64,000 nucleotides of DNA from Eledone cirrhosa (Eukaryota). A program made the translations under genes and the position numbers. This document shows positions 1 to 13,349 of this stretch, one piece after another (position 1 is the first letter of the stretch; every line of letters starts with the position of its first letter). The notes beneath the pieces were generated by a model that did not search any database, was not told the DNA's origin, and worked only from the letters and a program-made list of their open reading frames with translations. The DNA is taken from contig OZ024743.1 in NCBI GenBank assembly GCA_964016885.1, forward strand, positions 99,696,001 to 99,760,000. Direction: 5' to 3'.

Positions 1-446
1 AAGGAGCTCTTAAGAGTCAATGGCCATCCAAAATCACCGGGAGAGATGACCCCTTAGCCTTTGTCAAGGCAGAATTCTAGGAGAAGGAAAACTCTGATAT
101 AACACCTGCAACCCTGATGGTATCCAATGATGTTGACTTGTTATTCTTTTTGGTAAATATCATCTTGGTTAAGAGAGTGGGACTGGCTTTGTGCAGTGCC
201 TTTGCTCACTATAAAAGCTTCATGGCACAGGCATTGCTTTATATCTGGAGATCTCTCTGCACTTGTCGTTACATGGTACCATGGGCCCAGCACTATGTGT
301 CAATAATTGTCACAACTGTAGTGTTTGTACCAGAGTTTTCAAGTCGCTGGCTGGACTAAAATGTCACACTCGTTCAGAGCATCGGTAGGGGTTCTCCTAC
401 ATGGATATAAAGTAGTGGCCATACTCAAAAACGAGTGGCAGCCACC
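1..446 (+). mobile_element. Non-autonomous interspersed repeat 'A' (5' part outside window), ends in (TA)n
   Basis: Near-identical reverse-complement copies at 7510-8057 and 52136-52632; carries TAGGAGAAGGAAAACTCTG, a motif typical of RTE 5' UTRs. Confidence 0.85.
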
Positions 447-496
447 ATATATATATATATATATATATATAGATAGATAGATACATATGTATGCAT

Positions 497-529
<33 letters not shown>

Positions 530-580
530 CATACATACATATATGTATACATACACATACATATATGTATACATATATGT

Positions 581-639
<59 letters not shown>

Positions 640-646
640 CATACAT

Positions 647-727
647 CCTCAAGTGGGACTACCCCCGTCCAAACCCATGCAAGCGTGGAACACGGACGTT
701 AAACGTTGATGATGATGATGATGATGA
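647..727 (+). mobile_element. RTE-type 3' tail fragment with (GAT)n
   Basis: CCCGTCCAAACCCATGCAAGCGTGGAA...CGTTAAACG+(GAT)n; matches reverse complement of 41047-41125. Confidence 0.8.
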
Positions 728-746
728 TACATACATATATATATAT

Positions 747-795
<49 letters not shown>

Positions 796-852
796 TGTAT
801 AAATACACATATATATATATATATATATACACATATGTATACATACATATAC

Positions 853-980
853 ATCATCATCATCATCGTTTAACGTCCATCTTCCACGCTAGCATGGGTT
901 TGGACGGGAATTGTCCCACTTGAGGCAAGATTGGTTGTCTTGCTCGTATAGGAGTGTCTGGCGGGTTTTCTACGGCTGGA
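853..980 (-). mobile_element. RTE-type 3' tail fragment
   Basis: (CAT)n followed by sequence shared with 9630, 12139, 25295 and 41047 copies. Confidence 0.8.
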
Positions 981-1200
981 ATATATATATACATATCCAG
1001 CGTGGAAGATGAACGTTAAACGATATATATATGTACATATACATACATACATATATATATATATATGCAGAGGTTATATTTAATTTGTTGCGATTCAACA
1101 AGCTTAAACATTTTTATAACTGATATAAAGCACTCAACAAGTTAGTGGAGTAAATACACAATATATTAATAAATGGAAACTATATTTATAAAACCATATT

Positions 1201-1266
1201 TATTTTATTATATATATTTCAAGGGCAACCAAGGCAAATTATGGTGCACTTTCATCAGATAAAATA
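1201..1266 (-). ncRNA. Minimal type I hammerhead ribozyme
   Basis: Minus strand TATTTTAT-CTGATGA-stem II-GAAAT-ATAT-ATA-ATAAAATA; perfect 8-bp stem I, palindromic stem III loop. Confidence 0.8.
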
Positions 1267-1380
1267 CAGATTTGTTTTATAAATAAATATTGACATACCC
1301 GGAAAAAAGACAACCTTAACGGTTGGAGCTTCCTGGATAGTGGAGATAATATTTTATTGAGGGTAATACAAAGTTATGAG

Positions 1381-1720
1381 TGAGTATGCAAATGAGTGTC
1401 CGAAAAGTTGAAAAGATAACGGTTTATTTAAATTAAACTGTTGGAAGAAGATGATATGTAAGGGAGAGAGAAACAGAGAAAGTTATTTCTTCTTTCACTT
1501 AGATATATTTACGCTCTGTATATTTTTCCATTAAAATTTATTTCTTAGTTCGTTCTGACTATCTTCACTATCACTATGTATAATCGTTCTTTCTTAAATC
1601 TTCTCTCTTTCTCCTTCCTTTTCTTTTTTCTCTCTCCCTTACATATCATCTTCTTCCAACAGTTTAATTTTAAAAAAACGTTATCTTTTCAACTTTTCGG
1701 ACACTCATTTGCATACTCAT
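1381..1720. repeat. Inverted repeat, ~95-bp arms (1381-1475 / ~1627-1720), each with ATGCAAAT
   Basis: TGAGTATGCAAATGAGTGTCCGAAAAGTTGAAAAGATAACG and its reverse complement CGTTATCTTTTCAACTTTTCGGACACTCATTTGCATACTCA. Confidence 0.85.
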
Positions 1721-1754
1721 ATATATATGTGTATTTATATATATATATATACAC

Positions 1755-1787
<33 letters not shown>

Positions 1788-1939
1788 TATATATACACAT
1801 ATACATATACACATATATATATATATATATAATTTCGTTGACAAGTATATCTATGTGCACAGAGACACAGATATATCGCCCTTAGTATGACAGTGTGGTT
1901 TTAGCTCAATGTAGGATAACTAGTACCCTACAGAGCCGT

Positions 1940-2221
1940 TATAAGTTTAGGAATAACCAAAGAGTACTTAGAAATACAGTGTTTTATTAGCTAACAGTGT
2001 TTCATCCATACCCTATGGCAGGAATCATCAGAGCCTATAAACAATGTTTTTCTATATAGCGCTGGTCTTGGGACCCCCCTACTGGTCCTTTAACCTTGTT
2101 CTGGTGACTGAGCATGATGGAGCCGGCAACCTTTGATATATTCTTGTTTATAGGCTCTGATGATTCCTGTTAGCTAATAAAATAATGTATTTCTAAGCAC
2201 TCTTTAGTTATTCCTTAACTT

Positions 2222-2222
<1 letters not shown>
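1940..2222. mobile_element. Fold-back hammerhead-bearing element (arms ~1940-2045 / ~2143-2222)
   Basis: Arms are reverse complements; right arm lacks stem II/GAAAC through an internal deletion. Confidence 0.75.
1989..2035 (-). ncRNA. Minimal type I hammerhead ribozyme
   Basis: GGCT-CTGATGA-TTCCTGCCATAGGGTATGGAT-GAAAC-ACT-GTT-AGCT on minus strand. Confidence 0.7.
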
Positions 2223-2291
<69 letters not shown>

Positions 2292-2421
2292 GTGAGGTTT
2301 TTTTTACAAAATGTAAAATAACCGAGGTGTCCTACACGAGTGAAAGTATAAAGAAAAGAAGATGAAATCGAAAATGCAACTGGAGTCTTATTTTTTTTTA
2401 AATATATATATTTATTTGGTT

Positions 2422-2459
2422 CCTTTACCGGTTTCGCAGTTCTTCTGATTTTCAAAAGT
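2422..2459 (-). ncRNA. Degenerate hammerhead in the Penelope pLTR
   Basis: ACTT-TTGAAAA(for CTGAAGA)-TCAG-AAGAA-CTGC-GAAAC-CG-GTA-AAGG; core substitutions suggest it is inactive. Confidence 0.6.
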
Positions 2460-3328
2460 AGAGTTGAGATGGAGGGTCTGTGGTTTTTCTCACATCTGCT
2501 TGATCTCTGAATGTTACTTGTTTTATATGGAAAAAGTGGCTCGAAATGCCAGGTTTTTCGAGAAGTAATTTGATTGGTTGGTCAATAATTATAATAAATT
2601 TCGCGCCAGTTCACGTTACAAAGTTCTTCAAACAAGGGGGGCGCGTCACAGTTTGTTTTTTCTTATATGAGTGTTTGAATTTCTTTTTACTTAAAAAAAG
2701 GGGGTCTCACGAAGGCTTTTTTTTAATAAACGTAATTTGATTGGTTATAAATGAAATTATTGCTGTCACGTGAACAAGTTTTCATTAAATTTTCGCGCTC
2801 TTATTTGGAAATCCATTCTGTAGCCTTTTTAGAGAATTTTATAATAAGTAAAAGATAATGGTCAAGAGAAATGGGATGGGAGAATTGTTCTGGTTCAGTG
2901 AATATGGTTAGTTCGCTGGGGTGTCAGAATTCAGATTTTCTATTGAATAAAGAAAGTAAAGAAATGTATGTTTATTTGTGTGTGTGTTGTGTGTGTGTGT
3001 TTGAATTTCTTTTTACTTAAAAAAAGGGGCTCACGAAGGCTTTTTTTTAATAAACGTAATTTGATTGGTTATAAATGAAATTATGGCTGTCACGTGAACA
3101 AGTTTTCATTAAATTTTCGCGCCCTTATTTGGAAATCCATTCTGTAGCCTTTTTAGCGAATTTTATAATAAGTAAAAGATAATGGTCAAGAGAAATGGGA
3201 TGGGAGAATTGTTCTGGTTCAGTGGATATGGTTAGTTCGCTGGGGTGTCAGAATTCAGATTTTCTATTGAATAAAGAAAGTAAAGATATGTATGTTTATT
3301 TGTGTGCTTGTGTGTGTGTGTGCGCGCG

Positions 3329-3392
<64 letters not shown>

Positions 3393-3953
3393 TGTGTGTA
3401 TGTGTGTGTGTGTTTGAATTTATTTTTACTTAAAGAAAGGGGCTCACGAAGGCTTTTTATTAATAAACGTAATTTGATTGGTTATAAATGAAATTATGGC
3501 TGTCACGTGAACAAGTTTTCATTAAATTTTCGCGCCCTTATTTGGAAATCTATTCTATATACCCCCAGCAAAAATCTATCCAACATACTCCCAGCAAAAC
3601 TATAAGGATAATCCCAGAAACCATAGACAAAACTATAACCCTACTAACAAAAACCGAAGATCCCTGAACACAAGGCAGGACCCGATCCGCAGATCACAAC
3701 CCACACAAAACCTATTCCAAAACCGTAGAACCCTGCCCACACAGAGCCTGTTCCAAAACCGTAGATCCCAACCCACACAAAGGAACAAAATCTACAACCC
3801 GGACTATCAACAAACCGAACCTCAATACGTCCGAAACTTCTATACAAGACCACACAACAACAGGGGAAATACCATTAGATATAATAATACCATTGAAAAA
3901 ACATTCCAGAAAAATCATTTTTTAGACCAAGGCTACAGGACCCACGACACCCG

Positions 3954-6202
3954 GTGGCACAAACCGATTTTGAAAAACCGAAAATAATCAACCTTTCAAA
4001 CACAAACCTCTCAGCCCAACAAGTAAAAATTCTCTCCAAAGGACTGAAATTCACACCAACACCACAATACTCTAACCCCAATGAGATAAATGACGATATC
4101 TCACACTTCTGTAGAAAATTACGTCTCACAGAGGAATTCTTTGACAAGGAGAATAACGACGAATCAATTGTACGGAATAAAAGCAGCTACAACCCAACAA
4201 AAGGTAGAAACAGAGTTCTAGACAAATTTTGTGACCACATAGCTACTTTCCCATACCATGAACTACCGCAACCTAAACCCAAACCTAACACGAGTCGAAG
4301 GGAATGGGAGATTATCCATGAACTAAAAAACAATACGGACATTATAATTAAGGAAGCGGACAAGGGAAGTACTGTTGTCATTATGGAAGCTGAAATATAT
4401 AAAAATTCTATGTTCTCTCTCTTACAAAATACTAATTACTATGAAAGAGTAAAAAACTATCAGCAATCAAAAACAATGACCAGATTAAACACACTGATTT
4501 ATCGATACCAGGAAGACCTAACTAAAAAAGAACGCGATTATTTAACACATTTTGAATACAAAACCAGCAACCTTTACGGACTTCCGAAGATCCACAAGTG
4601 TAAAATAATTAACGATGCCTGTAAACAATCCACCTCAGCCTGCGTGAACACACAATACCCCATAGACCTTAAATTAAGACCAATTGTAGCGGGCCCACAA
4701 TGTGAAACACACAGACTGAGCAACTTTATAGACATACTACTAAAACCAATTCTCAAACACATACCAAGCCTTGTAAGAGACGATCTGGACCTCTTAAACC
4801 ACCTCCCCAAATATGTCAACAACGACACTATTATTGTATCTTTCGATGTAGTGAATCTCTACACAACGATCCCACACCAATACGGACTAGAAGCAATAGG
4901 ATTCTGGCTAGAGAAATATCCCAACGAGATACCTGACCGAATAGAAAAAAGCTTCATCACCGAGGGATTAAAATTCATCTTACAGAACAACTTTTTTGAT
5001 TTCGATGGCAGTACTTACAAGCAAATATCGGGGACTGCGATGGGTACAAAAGCCGCTCCAACTTATGCCAACTTAGTCATGGCATACTTAGAAGTCCAGA
5101 TATATGAACAGTCCAAATCAAAATACGGATTGAACTTCCACAAATATTTATCAGAGAATTGGAAACGCTACTTGGATGATTGTCTCATTCTTTGGTCCCA
5201 CACACTCGGCCAACTGAAGGATTTCAAAAACTTAATAAACGGCATCAATAACCACATCCAATTCACAATGGAATACAGCCAAGATCAACTCCCATTTCTG
5301 GACATCTTAATCATAAAAAAAGACACAAATATTGAAACTGACATACACTACAAACCAACAGATTCCAAACAATACCTGCTATTCACCTCCAACCATCCAA
5401 AGCACACGAATACGAACATTCCTTTTAACCTAGCAAGAAGAATTTGCACAATTGTCTCCAATTATGAAACACGAAATAAAGGAAATTCTACTCGAAAGAG
5501 AGTACCCACCATTACTAATAAATAATGGAATAGAAAGGGCTAAAGCAATAGGCATTGATGAATTACGAAAACAGAAACAAATTCAAGGTACGTCCAATAT
5601 TCTATCATATATCTCAACACACAACCCAAGAAATGCGGAAGCTTACAATACTATTCACAAGAACATCCCACTACTAAAACAAAACCCAAGAATGAAAAAA
5701 GCCCTTGAAACACACAAAATAATCAAAAGCAAAAGACAATCGAAATCACTGAAAACATTACTCACCAATGCCAAATTACCTACCACAAACCCACAACCAA
5801 CTGTCAAAAAATGTGGTCGCTCTAATTGTGGAAGCTGCACTCACCTTATTGAAGGCAACACGTATACATTTAAATCAGGACAAAATTTTACTGTAAAAAA
5901 TCACTTCACTTGCTCATCAAAAAATGTATGCCATTAAATGTAAAGGATGCAATGAAGATTATATAGGACAAACTAAACTCACACTCAGAAACAGAATGAC
6001 AGTACATCGCCAACAATTACGAGATCCAACCACGAGACAGATACCACTAAGCGCACATCTAGACATATGTGCAAGTAATAAGACACCCAAATTCCAAGTC
6101 TTCCCATTTTACCTTTGCGCTAACAATACAACAGTACAAATACGAATAAATAAGGAAAATATGTTTATTCAAAAATATAGACCAGCATTAAATATGGTTT
6201 AA
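3954..6202 (+). pseudogene. Penelope-like reverse transcriptase + GIY-YIG endonuclease, two frameshifts (~5480, ~5925)
   Basis: Motifs ADKG, YGLPKIHK, LRPIV, SFDVVNLYT, GTAMGT, RYLDD, LPFLD, CGRSNCGSC, YAIKC..C...YIGQT across ORFs 3954-5525, 5452-5937, 5924-6202. Confidence 0.95.
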
Positions 6203-7509
6203 TATACATTATGTCAACACCATAACATGCTAACCATCCAAACAGACACATACACACACACACTCACATAACACCTGCTACTTTAGAAAATAAAAACCCG
6301 AACTAAATAAACCTTAACATACGTTTGCGCTGACAATACAACAGAACAAATACGAATAAGGAAAATATGTTCATTCAAAAATATTCCTACTAAAGGAATC
6401 ATTTGCCTACACACACACACACACACACAATATATATATATTCTCTTCATCTTAACATGCTAACCATACTCCCACACACACATAACACTCATACACACAC
6501 ATAACAACCCCTCCCCCCACCCCCTACACACACAACTCCCTCCCCCATTTCTACTAATAGAATCACTTTCCTACACACATATATACACACACAAAATATA
6601 TATATTCCCACACACACATACTCCCACACACACATACTCCCACACACACATAACACCCATTTACACACACACACAACTCCCTCTCCCATTTCTACTAATA
6701 GAATCATCTTCCAATACACACACACATACACACACACGCACAAATAAACATACATATCTTTACTTTCTTCATTTCAATAGAAAATCTGAATTCTGACACC
6801 CAGCGAATTAACCATATTCACTGAACCAGAACAATTCTCCCATCCCATTTCTCTTGACCATTATCTTTTGCTTGTCATAAAATTCTCTAAAAAGGCTACA
6901 GAATAGATTTCCAAATACGGGCGCGATATTTAATGAAAACTTGTTCACATGACAGTCATAATTTCATTTATAACCAGTCAAATTACGTTTATTAAAAAAA
7001 GCGTTCGTGAGCCCCTTTTTTTTAAGTAAAAAGAAATTCAAACACACACACACAACACACACACAAATAAACATACATATCTTTACTTTCTTTATTTCAA
7101 TAGAAAATCTGAATTCTGACACCCCAGCGAACTAACCATATTCACTGAACCAGAACAATTCTCCCATCCCATTTCTCTTGACCATTATCTTTTGCTTGTC
7201 ATAAAATTCTCTAATAAGGCTACAGAATAGATTTCCAAATAAGGGCGCGAAATTTAATGAAAACTTGTTCCCGTGACAGCCATAATTTCATTTATAACCA
7301 ATCAAATTACGTTTATTAAAAGAAAGCCTTTGTGAGCCCCTTTGTTTTAAGTAAAAAGAAATTCAAACACTCCACTCATATATGAAAAAACATATATATA
7401 TATATATATATGAAATACCAATGATGGTTGGCAAATCACTGATGAGGGACTAATTTTATAATATGTAACCCATGTGCAACCACACAGTTTTCCTTTTTCT
7501 TCCCATGTC

Positions 7510-8057
7510 CAACTCGTTTTCGAGTACGGCCATTACTATATATCCATGTAAGAGAACTCCTACCGATGCGCTGAGCGAGTGTGACTTTTTAGTCCAGCCA
7601 GCAACTTGAAAACTCTGGTACAAACACTACACCTGTGACAATTATTGACACATAGTGCTGGGCCCTTGGTACCATGTGACGACAATTGCAGAGAGATCTC
7701 CAGATATAAAGCAATGCTTGTGCCGTGAAGCTTTTATAATGAGCAAAGGCACTGCACAAAACCAGTCCCACTCTCTTAACCAAGATGATATTTACCAAAA
7801 AGAAGAACAAGTCAACATCATTGGATACCATCACAGTTGCAGGTGTTACATCAGAGTTTTCCTTCTAGAATTCTGCCTTGACAAAGTCTAAGGGGTTATC
7901 TCTCCCGGTGATTTTGGATGGCCATTGACTCTTTAGAGCTCCTTTGCTCTTTGACAGGTTTTGTTTTTAGTCCTGCAGGATGTCTAAAGTCACCCTCCTC
8001 ACCAAGAAACCTTGGTGGGGTGCCAGTTTAGTCGCCAACGACCCGACCATGAGACAG
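7510..8057 (-). mobile_element. Repeat 'A', longest copy
   Basis: Reverse complement of 1-440, extended 5' up to a (TA)n tract. Confidence 0.85.
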
Positions 8058-8108
8058 GTTATACATATATATATACATACATACATATATATATATACAT
8101 ATATATAC

Positions 8109-8141
<33 letters not shown>

Positions 8142-8172
8142 CATATATATATACATATATATATACATACAC

Positions 8173-8219
<47 letters not shown>

Positions 8220-8249
8220 CATATATATATACATACATACATATACGAG

Positions 8250-8292
<43 letters not shown>

Positions 8293-8294
<2 letters not shown>

Positions 8295-9485
8295 CTTACG
8301 GCTTCAGAGAGGGAAGATCAACCACTAGTCACATCCTGATGTTGAGGAGGATATTAGAGGGAGCTAGAGCGGTCATGGTTTTCATTGACTTTAGGAAGGC
8401 CTTTGATTCTGTGAACCGTCACTGCCTGATGAAGATTTTACAGGCTTATGGAATCTCCAAGAAGATAGTGGACCTGATATCACTGCTCTACACCAACACG
8501 AAAGCCCAAGTCATTACACCTGATGGAATGACAGAGTTCTTTGAGATACTGGCTGGAGTGCTCCAGGGAGATACATTGGCTCCCTACCTTTTTATCATCG
8601 TAGTGGACTATTGTATGCGCCTTGCACTGGAAAAACACCAGGACTCTGGCTTTACTGTAGCACCGGCTCAGAGCAGGAGAGTTAAGGCGTAAAAGATATC
8701 GGATGCTGAATTTACCGACGACATAGTTTTGGTGACAAATACAGTGAAGGAGGCAGAGGATTTGATGCAGGAGGTTGAGACTGTGTCGATGAGTGTGGAG
8801 CTGAGAATGAATGAGACTAAAACAAAATATCTGATAGAGAATGTTGAGAAGTCAGAAGGGATCACTAATGTAGGCGGGAAGCCACTAGAATTGGTTGAGG
8901 ATGTCCTGTATTTGAGACCAAAGATTGGGAATACGGAAGATGATGTGGTTGAGAGTAAGGGCAAAGCCTGGGCGGCGTGCCACAGTTTGAGATCGGTGTG
9001 GAAGCTGGACCTTCGTAAAGACCTGAAAATCCGCCTCTTCATTGCTGTAGTGGAGTCTGTGCTGTTGTACGGGTCTGAGACTTGGACACTGACCAAGAAA
9101 CTCACTCAGATGGTGGATGGGTCCTACACGAGAATGCTGAGGATGGCTCTGAACATTAATCAGTACACACTGAGGATGAAAAACTCAGAGCTGTATGGGA
9201 GCCTCCCGAAACTCAGCTCAAAAGTGACACAGAGAAGACTGAGGTTAGCTGGACATGCTCACCGGCATCCAGAGTTGACATTACACTCAATGCACCTGTG
9301 GGAACCCCTGCATGGACACACTGGAAGAGGAAGACCAAGGTTAACATGTTGATGCACTAAGGACAGACTGGTCTGTTGGAGACGCAAGACATGGCAACGA
9401 TAATGAGGGACAGAGACCGCTGGAGAGAACTCGTCCATGGATCTCGGGAATTTTACCCGTCCTAGAATAAAATAGAATAGAATAC
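8293..9485 (+). mobile_element. 5'-truncated RTE-clade LINE (second lineage), decayed RT
   Basis: [48 protein letters not shown]; (AATAG)n tail. Confidence 0.9.
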
Positions 9486-9629
9486 ATGTATATATATATA
9501 TATATATACATACATATATATATATACATACATATATATATATACATACATATATATATATACATACATATATATATATACATACATATACATACATATA
9601 TATATATATACATACATATATATATACAT

Positions 9630-10030
9630 ATCATCATCATCATCGTTTAACGTCTATCTTCCACGCTTGCATGGGTTTGGACGGGAAGTTTCCCACTTGA
9701 GGCAAGATTGGTTGTCTTGTTCAGGACTGTCTGGCGGGTTTTCTACGGCTGGATGTCCTTCCTAACACCAACCACGTTTACAGTGTGGACTGGGAGGTTT
9801 TTACCGTGTTACCTACATGGCCACATTACAGCGTGGACTGTGTGGTGTTTTTTTGTCATGACACCTACACGACCTCATTTATTTCAGACTGAATGTTGTG
9901 GTACCAACATAATTTTACATTGAAAGGGGTGGTATGGATGGGGTAGGGGTAGTGGGACGGGGATGTATTTTTGTTAGAGGTGCCTACTGACTGTAGGTAT
10001 CGCTTTGTACTTAGGCAAGGCGGGTCTTCA
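9630..10030 (-). mobile_element. RTE 3' UTR module, type B
   Basis: Homologous to 41047-41440; (GAT)n tail. Confidence 0.85.
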
Positions 10031-10259
10031 CATACATATATATATATACATATATATATATATACATTATATATATATATATATACATTATACATATATA
10101 TACATACATATATAAATATATATATACATACATACATTATATATATATATATATATATACATACATATATATATACATACATATATATATATATACATAC
10201 ATATATATATATACATACATATATATATAATGTATAATAAACAATACAATATAATTACA

Positions 10260-10323
10260 TCATTACCAAAGGTTTCCCGAATAAGACGAATACAAGAAAC
10301 GTCTGCATTCGTTCGTCAGACAA
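10260..10323 (-). ncRNA. Candidate type I hammerhead ribozyme
   Basis: TTGT-CTGACGA-ACGAAT..GACG..CGTC..ATTCGG-GAAACC-TTT-GGTA-ATGA; stem I weak (two G-U pairs). Confidence 0.55.
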
Positions 10324-10484
10324 GGCAATTTAGCTCTGTAACTTACATAGAGCACTCTTCACTCCGATGACTTTTTCAATTTTCAACGGAAACTTCAATA
10401 CTTACATATATATATACATACATATGTATATACATACATATATATATACATACATATATATATATATATACATACATATATATA

Positions 10485-10525
<41 letters not shown>

Positions 10526-10651
10526 ATACATACATATATATATATATACATACATATATATATATATATATACATATATATACATACATATATACATACA
10601 TACATATATGTAAACATATACATACATATATATATATACATAAATATATAT

Positions 10652-10900
10652 CATCATCATCATCATCACCGTTTTACGTCCGTTCTTCCACGCTAGCATG
10701 GGTTAGACGGGTTGTCCTGTTGTGGGCAGTGTCTGGTCGGCTGACCATGCCTTGCTCATACAGGAACTGATTTGGCTTGATTTCTACAGCTGGATGCCCT
10801 TCCTAACACCAACCTTATTTACAGTGAGTGCTGGGTGCTTTTTCGTGGCGCCTACACGTCCACTTTACAGTGTGGGCTGGGTGCTTTTTGCCGTGGCACC
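10652..10900 (-). mobile_element. RTE 3' UTR/SINE module, type C
   Basis: Homologous to 24652-24960 and 30305-30540; (GAT)n tail. Confidence 0.8.
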
Positions 10901-10924
10901 TCTAATCTACGTAAGTCTTCCACC

Positions 10925-11932
10925 TTCAGCGCCTAGGTCTCACTACCATGCAACATTGCTGTTCGGATACCCGCATTATACAGTCTGCCTTTCATTCTGA
11001 GGGAGAAGCCTTTTGCAGCTAGCAGTGGTAGTAGTTCCTTAAACTTCTTCCATCCCATTCTTACCCTAGTTATTGTACTTTCTGAACACCCACCTCCACT
11101 GCTAATTCGGTCACCTAGGTAGCAGAAGCTGTCTACTGTTTCTACAGAGCCCTCCCAGAGATTGGTGGTACTTGTTTCCTGTGGCTGTGTGCTGCTTGCT
11201 GTCCCAGCACAGCTGCTGCATGTGAAGCCTAAGCTTCCTGAGATCCCGCTACATCTCTTGTGTACCCATTGTTTGCATTTGGGGCAGAGAATGGAGTTCC
11301 TACCTACACCTTTCCTACATACTGAGCAAGGCCATTTCCCTGAGGGGATCTGGGTTCTGTTTTCTCGTCTACTTACAAGGACCTTAATCTTTGTCATGTT
11401 GACTTTGAGACCCTTTCTTTCTAGTCCCTGCTTCCAAGTTTGGAATTTCTTCTCTAGTTCTACCATAGATTCAGCTATAAGTGCGATGTCATCAGCATAC
11501 AGGAGTTCCCATGGGCATCCGGTCTTAAACTCCTCCGTTATTGCCTGGAGGACTATGATGAACAGGAGGGGGCTAAGAACAGAGCCCTGGTGGACCCCAA
11601 CCTGTACGCTAAATTCCTCGCTATACTCATTGCTAATCCTAACTTTGCTGACTGCTCCCCTATACATGGCTTGTACCGCTTTCACAAGCCATTCATCTAC
11701 TCCTAGTTTACTAAGAGCCCACCAGATTAAAGCACATGGAACTCTGTCAAAGGCTTTCTCAAGGTCGACAAATGCCAAGTAGGGTGGCTTACTTTTAGCT
11801 AGGTACTTTTTCTGTAACTGCCTCACAAGGAAGAGGGCATCAGTGGTGCCTCTTCCTGGTACAAACCCAAATTGCATCTCGTCTATTTTCACCCGGTCCC
11901 TAATCAACTGTGCTATAACTCTTTCTGTTCTG
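10925..11932 (-). mobile_element. RTE LINE RT fragment with PHD-like finger
   Basis: QFGFVPGRGTTDA, FVDLEKAFDRV, GVHQGSVLSP, YADD, CSVC...CPKC..WVHKRC. Confidence 0.93.
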
Positions 11933-12071
11933 TATATATATATATACACATATATATATATATATGTGTATATATATATGTGTGTGTATATATATGTGTG
12001 TGTGTGTATATATATATGTGTGTATATATATGTGTGTGTGTGTATATATGTGTGTGTGTGTATATATGTGA

Positions 12072-12105
<34 letters not shown>

Positions 12106-12138
12106 GTATGTATATACATATATGTATGTATATACATA

Positions 12139-12600
12139 TCATCACCATCATCATCATCGTTTAACGTCCATATTCCACGCTTGCATTGGTTTGGACGGGA
12201 GTTTTCCCACTTGAGGCAAGAGTGGTTGTCTTGCTCGCATAGGACTGTCTGGCGGGTTTTCTACGGCTGGATGCCCTTCCTAACACCAACCACATTTACA
12301 GTGTGGAACTGGGAGGTTTTTACCATGTTACCTACACGACCACATTACAGCGTGGACTGTGTGTTTTTTTTGTCGTGATACCTACACAACCTCATTTGTT
12401 TCGGGCTGGGTGTTGTGGTACTAACATAACTTTACATTGAAAGGGGTGGTGTGGATGGGGTGGGGGTAGTGGGACGGGGGTGTATTTTGTTAGAGGTGCC
12501 TACTGACTGTAGTAGGTTTCACATTGTACTTAGGTAAGGCGGGTCTTCTGTATTACTGTGTAGCGCCAAAGATCTCGGTCCAGTGACTTGTCTTGGAGAG
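12139..12600 (-). mobile_element. RTE 3' end (last codons + type B UTR)
   Basis: DRDLWRYTVIQKTRLT* followed by UTR homologous to 41047-41422. Confidence 0.85.
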
Positions 12601-12919
12601 GTATATATATATATATATATATATACATACATATATATACACACACATATATACACACACTCACACATATATACACACACTCACATATATATACACACAC
12701 ACACACATATATATACACATATATATATACACACACACACATATATATACACACACATATATATATACACACACACACATATATATACACACACACATAT
12801 ATATATATACACACACACACATACATATACACACACACATATATATATACACACACACACATACATATACACACACACATATATATATACACACACACAC
12901 ATACATATACACACACACA

Positions 12920-12973
<54 letters not shown>

Positions 12974-13301
12974 CTTGGGGAGGGTCATATTTGTGTAATA
13001 ATATTGCCAGAATTAATAACAGAACACACTCACCGTTTGGTTGGTTTCTCGTTCTGTGTCTTTTATATTGGTTAATTTAATTTATTCGGTCCTCAATGTT
13101 ACCATTGACTGACCAACGGTCAAAAATACAGATACAATATGGACACAAACACATATATATAGTCTAACAAAGTTCTTTCGTTTCACATCTGCAACATCGT
13201 CAGTGGTGCTATTATGTTTCCTCCTGTTGTATTGTATGCCTACGCCATCTTTATTTAGTCTGATTATTTATTTATTTATTTGTTTCAAAACTAATTATCG
13301 C

Positions 13302-13349
<48 letters not shown>

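Larger units (their letters stand above)
2285..7390 (+). mobile_element. Penelope-like retroelement (Neptune-type) with inverted 3' arm at its 5' side
   Basis: RT+GIY-YIG coding region; ~2650-3555 is the reverse complement of the tandemly repeated 3' UTR at ~6720-7390; (TA)n on both flanks. Confidence 0.92.

Noticed and set aside
117-359. 80-aa ORF recurring at 7589-7834 and 52224-52466
   Set aside because: Recurrence reflects recent copies of repeat A; no recognisable domain
7437-7470. CTGATGAGGG...CCC hammerhead start
   Set aside because: No GAAA/stem III follows; truncated remnant at best
13176-13208. Minus-strand CTGACGA...GAAAC
   Set aside because: Weak stem II and no NUH or stem I partner
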